This document shows positions 52,655 through 64,000 of a DNA stretch of 64,000 nt, one piece after another; positions within the stretch are counted from its first letter, which is position 1, and every line of letters begins with the position of its first letter. Under the pieces are notes generated by a model. The model ran no database searches. It saw only the letters and a list, made by a program, of their open reading frames with translations, and was not told the origin of the DNA. Source of the DNA: Pristiophorus japonicus. Lineage: Eukaryota. Position numbers and translations under genes: made by a program. The DNA is taken from contig NC_091987.1 of assembly GCF_044704955.1 (NCBI RefSeq), forward strand, positions 107,260,001 through 107,324,000. Reading direction: 5' to 3'.

Positions 52655-54412
52655 ACACATACATTCGATCCAATCACACATACACACTCGATCCAATCAC
52701 ACATACACTCGATCCAATCACACATATACACTCGATCCAATCACACATGTACACTCGATCCAATCACACATACACTCGATCCAATCACACATACACACTC
52801 GATCCAATCACACATACACTCGATCCAATCACACATACACACTCGATCCAATCACACATACACTCGATCCAATCACACATACACACTCGATCCAATCACA
52901 CATACACTCGATCCAATCACACAGACACTCTATCCAATCACACAGATACTTGATCCAATCACATACACACACTCGGTCCAATCACATACACACACTCGAT
53001 CCAATCACACATACACTCGATCTATTCACACATACACTCGATCCAATCACATACACATTCGATCCAATCACACATACACTCGATCCAATCACACACACAC
53101 ATTCGATTTAAACACACATACACTCGATCCAGTCACACATACACTCGATCCAGTCACACACACACACTTGATCCAGTCACACACATACACTCGACCCAGT
53201 CACATATACTAGATCCAGTCACATACACTTGATCCAGTCACTCTCACACACTCGATCCAGTCACACACACACACTCGATCCAGTCACACACACACACTCG
53301 ATCCAATCACATACATTCGATCCAGTCACATACACACACTCGATCCAGTCACACACACACACTCGATCCAATCACATACACTCTATCCAGTCACACACAC
53401 TCGATCCAGTCACATACACATACTCGATCCAGTCAGATATACACACTCGATCCAGTCACACACGCACACTCGATCCAGTTACACACACATAGTCGATCCA
53501 ATTACACATACACTCGCTCCAGTCACACACACACTCAATCCAGTCACACACACTCGATCCAGTCACACACACACACAGACTCGATCCAGTCACACACACA
53601 CAGTCGATCCAGTCACACACATACACTCGATCCAGTCACACACATACACACTTAATCCAGTCAGACACATACATTCGGTCCAGTCACATATACACACTCG
53701 ATCCAGTCACACACACACACTCGATCCAATCACATACACTCGATCCAGTCACACACACTCGATCCAGTCACATACGCTCGATCCAGTCACATACACACAC
53801 TCGATCCAGTCACACATACACTCAATCCAATCACATATACACTCGATCCAATCACACATACACTCGATCCAATCACACATACACTCGATCCAATCACACA
53901 GACGCTCGATCCAATCACACAGACACTTGATCCAATCACATACACACACTCGATCCAATCACATACACACACATTCGATCCAATCACACATACACTCGAT
54001 CCAATCACACACACACACTCGATTTAAACACACATACACTCGATCCAGTCACACATACACTCGACCCAGTCACATATACTCGATCCAGTCACATACACTC
54101 GATCCAGTCACACATACACACTCGATCCAGTCACACACATACACTCGATCCAGTCACACATACACACTCGATCCAGTCACACACATATACTCGATCCAGT
54201 CACACACATACACTCGATCCAGTCACACATACACACTCGATCCAGTCACACACATACACTCGATCCAGTCACACATACACACTCGATCCAGTCACACACA
54301 TATACTCGATCCAGTCACACACATACACTCGATCCAGTCACACATACACACTCGATCCAGTCACACACATACACTCGATCCAGTCACACATACACACTCG
54401 ATCCAGTCACAC
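52655..54412 (+). repeat. Satellite array, distal block enriched for the GATCCAATC variant
   Basis: Same unit, with runs of CCAATC in place of CCAGTC. Confidence 0.98.
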
Positions 54413-54780
54413 AACTCCACCACGGTTTCCCTCTCCATCTCCTCCCCCTCACCGTCCCCCACCCCCTCCGCACTCTGCAGCAGTTCAAGATATAAGCTCA
54501 CTATCGCCCTCACAAGGGCAAGTAGGGATGGTCAATAAATAAATGATTTTTTAAAAATTAGAGCATATTCTGTGTTGGTTCTACAGCATGCATAACATTA
54601 AATTTAGGTGTTATTTGCCGGACTCAACTTTCCAAAGTTCTCCTGGCCAGCCTCACATCTTCCACCGTTAATGAACTTGAGCTCATCCACAACTCTGTTG
54701 CCAGTATCCTCGCTCGCAGCAAGTCTCATTCATCCATCACCCTTGTGCTCGTTGACCTATTTTGGCTCCTGGTCCACCAA

Positions 54781-54945
54781 CAACGTTCCCGCTAAGCGAC
54801 GCAGCCACGCAGCTGTCTGGATGTCCCATGCACGCTACTTACCGGCTTTGGATCGATAAATTTAGCATATGCGCAGAACTTTGAATGGGCCGCACAGCCC
54901 GTTAAAGGGAACGTGCACCCCAAAAAGAAATTAGGGGAAACATTG
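54781..54945. mobile_element. hAT-type MITE inside an L2 fragment (~54610-55015)
   Basis: 15-bp imperfect TIRs CAACGTTCCCGCTAA / TTAGGGGAAACATTG; 8-bp TSD TCCACCAA/TCCATCAA. Confidence 0.8.
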
Positions 54946-55015
54946 TCCATCAACATCTTGATTTAAAAATTCTCATCCTCATGTTCAAATCTCTCCATGG
55001 CCTCGCCCCTTCCTA

Positions 55016-55556
55016 TGGTTTCCATATTTACCAAAGGATATACTTGCTTTGGAGGCAGTTGAGAGAAGGTTCATTAGTTTGATTCCGGGGATGAGGGGGT
55101 TGACTTATGAGGAAAGATTGAGTAGGTTGAGCCTCTACTCACTGGAATTCAGAAGAATGAGAGGTGATCTTATCGAAACGTATAAGATTATGAGGGGGCT
55201 TGACAAGGTGGATGCAGAAAGGATGTTTACACTGATGTGGGAGACTAGAACTAGAGGGCATGATCTTAGAATAAGGGGCCGCCCATTTAAAACAGAGATG
55301 AGGAGGAATTTCTTCTCTCAGAGGGTTGTAAATCTGTGGAATTCGCTGCCTCAGAGAGCTGTGGAAGCTGGGACATTGAATAAATTTAAGACAGAAATAG
55401 ACAGTTTCTTAAATGATAAGGGGATAAGGGGTTATGGGGAGCGGACGGGGAAGTGGAGCTGAGTCCATGATCAGATTAGCCATGATCTTATTGAATGGTG
55501 GAGCAGGCTCGAGGGGCCGTATGGCCTACTCCTGCTCCTATTTCTTATGTTCTTAT
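55016..55556 (+). mobile_element. CR1 LINE 3' end
   Basis: ORF 55049-55462; TTCTTATGTTCTTAT tail. Confidence 0.92.
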
Positions 55557-56152
55557 CTGAACTCGGCAATGTGAGTGCTCCTAACCCGGGAAGGTGAGCC
55601 CTGTCTGTTCTCTGAAAGCAGCAGGGTTAGCACTGTGAGCTCTGGAGCCTGGCGGTCACAATGAATGGATCAAATTGCACACTGCAAAGATCTTGATTAC
55701 TCTGGCAGGCAGGATAGAATTACACATTCCAGACAAACTGCTGGGTGTGTCTTGTCCTCCAAGGGGACCAATCAGAAATATGGTCGTCCTCCAAGGGGAC
55801 CAATCAGAAATCTGGTGTTGCAAATAAACACGACCAAATATGTTGGAGATGAACAGCTTTTAAGCAATTGCTGAGCCAGGGAAAAGGTGGCTGCAGAGGG
55901 GAAGAGGAGAGTGTGGGTGGGAAGGTGGCGGGGGGTTGGGGGGTGCGGGCAGCGGCGAGGGTGAGGTGGGAAGGAAAGAACAAGAAGGAAGGTTGAAGGG
56001 CAGGAGTGATTATGTGATAAAAGGCAAAATGAGGTGATCTTGAGACAAGTATGGAAACAAAAGATGGGTCCAGAGGAGGTGTAAATGGTTAAAGCAGAAT
56101 AGCAGAGGAGGAGGTAAAGTTTGGAAGGTTCCCGTGGCCAGTATAATTCTCT

Positions 56153-56256
56153 TCAGTTCTGACAAAAGGTCAGCAAGCTAAAATGTTAACTCTGTTCCCC
56201 TCTCTACAGATGCTGCCTGACCCACTGAGTAGTTTCAGTATTTTCTGTTTTTATTT
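56153..56256 (+). mobile_element. Short Penelope-type element with decayed hammerhead motif, flanked by a 14-bp direct repeat
   Basis: AGTT-CTGACAA-A-AGGTC..AAGCT-AAAA-TGTT-AACT; flanks CAGTATAATTCTCT at 56139-56152 and 56257-56270. Confidence 0.65.
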
Positions 56257-56429
56257 CAGTATAATTCTCTCTTTCTTTTCCTTGTCTTTTCTTTCGTTAT
56301 CACTGCATTAACCAAGAAAAGAAATACCAATCTGGAACAGTTAATTATAATAATTATATTAATTGTTAAAAATTACTTTGAAGAGCTTTAACATTTTATT
56401 TGCTTTAAAATATATTTTCTCCTCTTGTG

Positions 56430-56700
56430 TATAAAATAATGAGGGCCTTGGGTAAAGCAGATAGGAAGACCCTGAGCAGAGAGGTCAATAACCAGGGGAC
56501 ATAGATTTAAAGTAATTGGTAGAAGGATTAGAGGGGAGTTGAGGAGAAATTGTTTAATTCAGAGGGTTGTGAGGGTCTGGAACTTGCTGCCTGAAAGGGT
56601 GGTAAGGGCAGGAACGCTCATAACATTTCAAAAGCACTTTTGGATACACACTTCAAATGCCGTAACCTCCAGGGCTATGGACCAAGAGCTGGAAAATGGG
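56430..56700 (+). mobile_element. Degraded CR1 3' fragment
   Basis: QRVVRVWNLLPERVV in ORF 56539-56817. Confidence 0.7.
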
Positions 56701-57862
56701 ATTTCAGGTCCCATTTTGGCACGTAGCCCAAATGTTAGTGTCCTTGAGGTGATGAACAAATCACTACTTCCATCCAATAGGATCAGAGGCTTCAAGCATG
56801 AGATGAGAGGGACATGAAAAGGGTTGGAGTCGGGCAGGGGATTAAAACGATTTTCTGAACGGAAATGAAGCACTATAGCTTTCCATACTAATCAATTACT
56901 GAAATGAAGGCAATCCTTTCAAACCCCCCTTTGTTTCTTTTTTCTTTTCATTTTGTGCGCTTTGATTTTGTGTGTATTCAGTGCTGCCCACGCTCTTCAG
57001 GTACACAAGGAGCATTTTCATCCTGTTTCGGTCATTGTGATTCCCCCACCCACGCACACATTCACAACCATCTATTACCCAGGAGAGTGGATGGGCATCC
57101 ATCTCTAGTTAATTTTATGACAGCAACAAATTGCATTTACATAGCATCGTTAACCGTGGTAAAACATCCCAAGGCGCTTCACAGGAGCGACTATCAAACT
57201 AAACTTGACATCGAGCGACATAAGGAGATATTGGGGCAGACGACTGAAGGTCTTGGTCAAAGAGGTAGGTTTTAAGGAGCGTCTTGAAAGAGGAGGGAGA
57301 GTTTGAGAGGTTTAGGCAGGCTTTAAGTATCATTTACCAGTATTGTTCTGTAACTCACCACAAAGCATTCATCCAGCTCTTTTTAAAAGGTGTTTATTTG
57401 ATACACCTTTATGTAGAACCACATTTATTTTAACCTTTTTTTTAATGTTCCCCATCTGAAAAGAGTCACACCTTTGTGTGACACTCTCCAGTCACACCTG
57501 TTGTCAGCTCGCAGTCTCCATTGGCCCCCTTGGTTCTGAAGTAAAATACAGAGACACCCACCTTACTGCAGCAGGAGGTCTTAATCTGATGGCACATCCA
57601 TTGGGCCACAGTCCGGTGCCTTTGGCCCTCTGCAGCTAATGATTTCCTCCCATCACCTACACCTTTTGGGGGGGGGGAAACTGGTTTCATAGCAGTATGG
57701 GCAAAGGCCTGAGAGCAGGGCTTACCCTGCAGGGTAAGGGTGGTGTAAGGGTGATGTTATTAGGTTAGTGATCCAGAGGCCTGGACTAATAATCCACAGA
57801 ACAGGAGTTCAAATCCCACCTTGGCAGGTTAAGAATTTGAATTCAACTGAAAAAAATCTGGA

Positions 57863-58731
57863 AACAACAACAACTTATATTTATATAGCACCTTTAAAGT
57901 AGTGAAATGTCCCAAGCACTTTACAGGAGTATTTTGCGATAAAAATTTGACACCGAGCTGCATAAGTAGAAATTAGCACAGGCAGGGAATTCCAGAGCTT
58001 GGGACCTCGGCAACAGAAGGCATGACCACCATTGTTTGAGCGATTCCAATCAGGGATGCTCAGGTGGGCAGAGTTAGAGGAGCGCAGATATCTCGAGTTG
58101 TGGGGCTGGAGGAGATTATAGAGATAGGGAGGGGGCGAGGCCATGGATAGATTTGAAAATAAGGATGAGAATTTTGAAATAGAGGCATTGCTTAACCAGA
58201 AGCCAATGTAGGTCAGCGAGCACAGGGGTGATAGGTGAGCAGGACTTGGTGTGAGTTAGGACACGGGCAGCTGAGTTTTAGATCACCTCTAGTTTACGTA
58301 GGGTAGAATGTGGGAGGCCAGCCAGGAGTGTGTTGGAATAGTCAAGTCTAGAGGTAACAAAGGCATTGATGAAGGCTGCAGCGGTGGATGAGCTGCGGCA
58401 AGGGCGGAGACGGGCGATATTATGGAGGTGGAAATAGGCGGTCTTAGTTATGCTGTGGATATGTGGTGGACAGCTCATTTCAGAGTCAAATATGACACCA
58501 AAGTTGCAAACAGTCTGGTTCAGCCTCAGACAAGAGTTGGGGAGAGGGATATAGTCAGTGGCTAGGGAACAGAGTTTGTAGCGGGGACCGAAAACAATGG
58601 CTTCGGTCATCCCAATATTCAATTGGAGAAAATTTCTGCTCATCCAGAACTGGATGTCAGACAAACAGTCTGACAACTTGGAGACCGAGGAAGGGTCGAG
58701 AGAAGTGGTGATGAGGTAGAGCTGGGTGTCT
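57863..58731 (-). mobile_element. L2 LINE 3' fragment
   Basis: ORF 58278-58676 (WMSRNFLQLN..TE, AFVTSRLDYSN.LLAGLP); tail (AAC)n-TTATATTTATATAGCACC on +. Confidence 0.9.
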
Positions 58732-59031
58732 AGCTGTTCAAGTGGTTCAGTGGTTCAAGAAGAAGGCCCACCATCTAGAGGTAATTAGGGATGGGCAATA
58801 AATGCCGGCCTTGCCAGCAATTCCCACATCCGGAGAAGGAATAATAAAAAACACACTCCCTCCCGCATGTGTGAGTCGGGCGATGGGAGGAAGTGTTTCT
58901 ATAACCAGGAAGTAATAACAAAGGATAAATAAAGCATTGAACTAATTTTCGAATAGTTTTCATTCTGAAAAATAAGTGGTAAATGATAAAACAATGTATA
59001 AAACAAAATCTCTGCTGTTATTGTGCCACAG

Positions 59032-59331
59032 TCGATGGAATGGTATCCTTTGTGAGCAAGATTTCGTCAGTGGTGTTAAACCGTAGCACAGACATCGTCT
59101 GTAAGGCAGAAGGCTGGAATCCTGCGCCAACTATCACCTGGACAAAAAACCAAACAGTTGTGGATTCAAAAATGTACACAACCACCATTCAGCCATCATC
59201 GGGAAATCTCTACAATGCCGTCAGCACCTTAAATCTCACACTTAGTGCCAATGCTGAAGTTACGTGTCTGGCCACCATACGGGCTCTTCCTCAGCCCAAA
59301 ACTGCTGCACTTTACATCACCGTTGGATCAC
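59032..59331 (+). CDS. IGSF5: IGSF5/JAM4-like Ig C-type domain exon
   Basis: Acceptor CCACAG|, donor C|GTAAGT, phase 1-1; C(KAEGW)NPAPTITW..AVSTLNLT....VTCLAT..L...K.A..ITV matches recalled IGSF5 domain 2. Confidence 0.88.
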
Positions 59332-59769
59332 GTAAGTATAGTGACTTAGATATGTCAGTGAAATTTGGTTTGTTTAGCACCATGAGTTGTTGATTGGTCA
59401 CAGTGACACAATCAAGATCAAACCAAGGCTGCGTAATGGCTCACGAGATAAATGTTCAGTTCAGTTTGGAATCGAGTCATATAAGAGCAGGAACATCCCA
59501 AGGTTGTTCCCTGGAAAATGCCGAGTTAGACGAATCTGTTGGCGACAGCGCCGCTCTCATTGGACTTGGAACCCCCAGGCTACGAAGGGGAAAATTATTA
59601 ATTTTCCTTTGATTCCTGCTAAAATGTATTTATGGAAATCAGGTGAGGTCAAGATTAGGGTTCAGGTGTGATTCCATCCATGACCAAATGTCCTGCCAAC
59701 ATTCACTATCTGGGCTCTCGGATGAGGAATGGTCGTGCAGGAGAAGTCACAGAGCACTGGCAATAACTA

Positions 59770-60175
59770 TGAAGGGGAGGGGAGACTCAATTGAGGTGTA
59801 TAAAGTTATGAGGGGCCGAGATAAGTGGATAGGAAGGACCTATTTCCCTTAGTAGAGGGAATAACCGGGGGGTGGGGGGGGGGCATAGATTTAAAGTAAG
59901 TGGTAGGAGGTTTAGAGGGGATTTGAGGAGAATTCTTTTCACCCAGAGGGTGGTGGAGGTCTGGAACTCACTGCCTGAAAGGGTGGTAGAGGCAGAAACC
60001 CTCACCACATTTAAAAAGTACTTGGATGTGCACTTGAAGTGCTGTAACCTACAGGGTTACGGACCAAGAGCTGGAAAGTGGGATTAGGCTGGATAGTTAT
60101 TGGTCGGCCGGCGCGAATAACGATGGGCCAAATGGTCTCCTTCCATGCTGTAAATTTCAATGATTCTATGATTCC
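59770..60175 (+). mobile_element. CR1 LINE 3' end
   Basis: ORF 59872-60087 (GHRFKV..FTQRVVEVWNSLPERVVEA); ATGATTCTATGATT tail. Confidence 0.85.
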
Positions 60176-61654
60176 ATGAAGCCATCCCCCAGCATGAGTC
60201 TGTGCCTTTGAGGCCAGAGGTGAGAAAATTCAGAATCTTTCTTTGAACTTTGGAGGTACTTATAGTGGATAGCCTACTTTGAAGTAACCATTATGCTTAA
60301 TCACATGACGGGGATACAACTTTGCGATGGCCATACTCGCATCACATGACCAGAAGGGAATTGTTAACCAGACTATTGTTTGGACAACTGCCCTGTTTTT
60401 ATGAAGCAAATTAAACTGTTTGTTTATACCGAAAGCTCCAGCTTCTAATAAAGATCAGATCTTTGATGTTCATATTTCGAAGGTGTCCGTATCTTATTTT
60501 TAACTGTTTGATACACGTTCTTAAATTGTTGTGCACTGCCAGGAACCGCTAGGGCTAATTGAGGCAAATCAACATGCAGGGCTGGAGAAGGTCAGTGTAG
60601 TCTATCAGACTGGTCGAACTGTCCACGCAGTATAATACGCTCTTCTAACTTTCATAACCTCACCAAATATCCATCCAGTTCCCTCTTGAATTTACTCACA
60701 CAGCTCACCCTCATTACCGCTACATCATTACTGTTAAATTGGCTCTTATAGAATGGGTGTTTTGTCCGTGATTTTTTATGTTAATGTGTTTCTGATACAC
60801 AGACGCGTTACATGATACCAACATGCGTTGAAAATATTGATCTTTCAGGATTAGCATTTGTTCTCCCTTTTCTACTTCTCAAACTGATTGTTGCTATTTA
60901 ATAACTATTTGCTAATTCTTCAATAAATTGTGTTCACCAAAAGGGGTTACTTGTATATCAATATTAAAACTAACCAGAATGGGGGGAAGTTTAACCACAA
61001 AATCGACCCTTCCATGATCTCCACCTTCGACCCCTCCACATTCCCCACCATCGACCCCTCCACGATCTCCATCATTCGATCCCACCCCCCATCCCTCCCT
61101 CTCTCCTTTCTGCAGCCTGCTGCCGCAGGTCTATCCACCCGACATCCGGCCAGCCCCTCAATTTGCCTAGCTGCGGACGGGAAATTGATAAGCTAAATGT
61201 TAATCAGGCCATGTTTCGGCAGGGCCAGAGGGAAATCCAGTTTCCCGACTGCATTGCAACCCCCACACCGCACGCTCCCTACCCACCTCCAAGATAAAAC
61301 TCCAGCCAATGCGTCAAATATTCTGCGTGATGTGAATAAAAGTAACAACAATGGGAGCAGGTGATGGGGACATCTACACCATATAAACCTGTTCAAAACT
61401 TGTCAACATGTATTAGAGTGCGGTAAAAGAATATGCTGATGAATTAACAATTAATTCTCTTTTTAAGTACTGCTAATGTTAGAATTTACTTTGACAAGAC
61501 ACATTAATGTATGGTAGGGTCTAGTAAATCTCTTAACATTATGGTTTCTCCAAAGTCACAAAGATACTACAGAATGCTACAAAAAGAGACCAGTATCTGA
61601 AATATAGTCTTTTGTGACAATTATATCAAAAAGAAAGAAAGACTTAAAAAAAAT

Positions 61655-62168
61655 TATTCGTTCCTGGGATGTTGTGTCGCTGGCAAGGTCAGCATTTGCC
61701 CATCCCTAATTGTCCTTTGAGAAGGTGGTGGTGAACCGCCTTCTTAAAATGCTGCAGTCCGTGTGGTGCAGGTACTCCCACAGTGCTGTTAGGGAGGGAG
61801 TTCCAGGTTTTTGACCCAGCGACGATGAAGGAATGATGATATCTTTCCAAATTAGGATGGTGTGTAACTTGGAGGGGAACGTACAGCTGATGGTGCTCCC
61901 ATGCGCCTGCTGCCCTTGTCCTTCTAGGTGGTAAATGTCGCGGATTTGGGAGGTGCTGCCGAATTGCTGCAGTGCATCTTGTAGATGGTACACACTGCAG
62001 CCACGGTGCACCGGTGGTGGAGGGAGTGAATGTTTAAGGTGGTGGATGAGGTGGCAATCAGGCGGGCTGCTTTGTCCTGGATGACGTTGAGCTTCTTGAG
62101 TGTTGTTGGAGCTGCACTCATCCAGGCAAGTGGAGAGTATTCCATCACACTCCTGACTTGTGCCTTGT
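61655..62168 (-). mobile_element. CR1/L2-group LINE 3' end (different family)
   Basis: ORF 61924-62181 YKAQVRSVMEYSPLAW..IQDKAARLI; related ends at ~58780-58850 (+) and ~63020-63350 (-). Confidence 0.8.
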
Positions 62169-62544
62169 ATTTATATAGCACCTTTCACCACCTCAAGACG
62201 TCCCAAAACGCTTTCCAGCCAATGAAGTACTTTTGCAGTGTAATCACTATTGTACTGTGGGAAATGTGAAGGGCAAAAGATTTTCTGGTGGTCTTTATTC
62301 CTTATTATTAATCAACTGGATTAATTGTCAAATAATCTGCAGAAGCAGAGCTCTTCCAATAGCTCAGTGGATAAGTCACTGCCAGGCCAAGAAAGTCCAA
62401 GGTTCCATTTGGTTGTCTGCGCTGAGTGAACTGATCTCAGATGGGCGCTGATGGAGATGCCACAATTGACTTCAATCTCCTGATGGCAGGGAGGGGAAAA
62501 CCAGTCAGGTCATCTTAATTGCTATAAATTTTTAAGATTCTACA

Positions 62545-62928
62545 CTTCTAAGAATCTGAGGGGGCTGGCAGGGTAGATGCAAAGAGGATTGTTTCTCCGC
62601 ATGGGGGAATCTAGGACTAGGGGGCATAGTTTCAGAATAAGGGGTCACCCATTTAAAATGGAAATGTGGAGGAATTTCTTCTCTCAGAGGATCGTGAATC
62701 ATTGGAACTCTCTACCCCAGGAGCTGTGGAGGCTGGGCCATTGAATATATTTAAGGCGGAGATAGACAGATTTTTGAACGATAAGGGAGTTAAAGGGTTA
62801 TGGGGAGCGGGCAGGGAAGTGGAGCTGAGGCTTAGAGCAGATCAGCCATGATCTTATTGAATGGCGGAGCAGGCTTGAGGGGTCAAATGGCCTACTCCTG
62901 CTCCTATTTCTTATGTTCTTATGTTCTA
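62545..62928 (+). mobile_element. CR1 LINE 3' end
   Basis: CR1 C-terminus and 3' UTR with TTCTTATG tail. Confidence 0.85.
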
Positions 62929-63609
62929 ACTGTTGTCAAGTGCACGGATTGTAGACATTGGATGACAATGGGGTCAGACTCGGTCATTACAGCCTCAATC
63001 AAACAGGCTCACATGTTTATAATATTCGTTCATGGGATGTGGGTGTCGTTGGCAAGGCCAGCATTTATTGCCCATCCCTAATTGCCTTTGAGAAAGTGGT
63101 GGTGAGCCGCTATCTTGAACCGCTGCAGACTGTGTGGTGAAGGTACTGTTGGGGAGAGTGTTCCAGGATTTTGACCCAGCGATGCTGAAGGAACAGCGAT
63201 ATATTTCCAAGTCAGGATGTTGTGTGACTTGGAGGGGAACTTGGAGATTTTGGTGTTTCCATGCGCCTGTTGCCCTTGTCCTTCCCGGTAGTGGAGGTGC
63301 AGTCGAAGAGGCCTTAGCAAGGTGCTGCAGTGAATCTTGAGAAGTACACACTAGGGTAAGATACTGGAGGGAAACCAGTGCCTGTGGAACCGTACCCCAG
63401 CTAACGTCAATGCTTTCAGGTGAGATAGGGAGAGAATTAGAGTTTCACTTGAACTTCACTCTCACGCTTTGTGACATTGCCTTGAATCTCAGTCTTGTAG
63501 CCATTTGCCCTTTATCTGTTGCCCTCTGTATATTGCACATTATCGGGAAAGGTTGTGCCCTCGGGGTTATCAGTGATTGACTAATTCCTTGCCGTGTTTT
63601 ATTTTGCAG

Positions 63610-63726
63610 CCAGTCAGGAACAGACCTGGTTAATTATTGCTATCGTGGTGCCAATCGCGGTGGTTATCCTGCTTATAATACTCATCTTGGTGATCGCGTT
63701 CTGCATTAAACGAACCAAGCACTCCA
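63610..63726 (+). CDS. IGSF5: IGSF5/JAM4-like transmembrane exon
   Basis: Acceptor TTTTGCAG|; phase-1 join gives PSQEQTWLIIAIVVPIAVVILLIILILVIAFCIKRTKHS (hydrophobic span plus basic stop-transfer residues); donor A|GTCAGT; not in the ORF track. Confidence 0.85.
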
Positions 63727-63902
63727 GTCAGTGACATTTTTCTATTAATCCTTTAAAAGCTGATGAACTTATTAATTTACAATTTTAATTTCTATGTTTT
63801 TATTGCGATCATTCTTTGGTTGCAACATATTACATTAAATTCATAATACTCAATATACGTGGTATAATGTGCATAGTGGATTGGAGTATTTAGTTAGCTT
63901 TA

Positions 63903-64000
63903 AAGAAAGAAAGACTTGAATTTCTATAGCGCCTTTCACGACCACCAGATGTCTCAAAGTGTTTCCAGCCAAAGAAGTAGTGCAGTTACTGTTGTAATAT
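63903..64000 (-). mobile_element. Deu-domain SINE 3' fragment
   Basis: AAAGAAAGAAAGACTTG..TATAGCGCCTTTCACGACC, same tail as 30140. Confidence 0.7.

Noticed and set aside
36772-54412. CRISPR-like repeat-spacer appearance
   Set aside because: Spacers are only (AC)n variants rather than unique sequences; no cas genes; eukaryotic context
62340-62520. Possible ancient tRNA-derived SINE
   Set aside because: A-box-like TAGCTCAGTGG is present but the rest is too degraded to assign

Overview
Eukaryotic, repeat-dense vertebrate DNA whose repeat families (CR1 and L2 LINEs, RTE, Deu-domain SINE, Penelope-type ends) point to a cartilaginous fish such as a shark. One host gene can be reconstructed on the + strand: an IGSF5/JAM4-like immunoglobulin-superfamily adhesion protein. 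Its exons are signal peptide 30049-30094, Ig-V 35939-36253, Ig-C 59032-59331 and transmembrane 63610-63726, all joined in phase 1; the cytoplasmic exons lie beyond the window. Upstream is a stack of nested dead transposons: a ~10 kb two-gene PIF/Harbinger element carrying a full Gypsy provirus, a solo LTR and an RTE-derived element, and a second Gypsy that splits a SINE and is itself split by a CR1 and a solo LTR. The V-C intron holds ~14.7 kb of a TCGATCCAGTC(AC)n satellite with nested higher-order periods; the huge His/Thr/Ser ORFs are artefacts of it. The most notable unannotated signals are short Penelope-type elements carrying decayed minimal hammerhead-ribozyme motifs (one inside a 14-bp direct repeat), CTCF-like motifs in three different LTR families, and a 303-bp template-switch inverted duplication in an IGSF5 intron. 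All calls were made by eye without database searches, and repeat boundaries are approximate unless a TSD or TIR is quoted.
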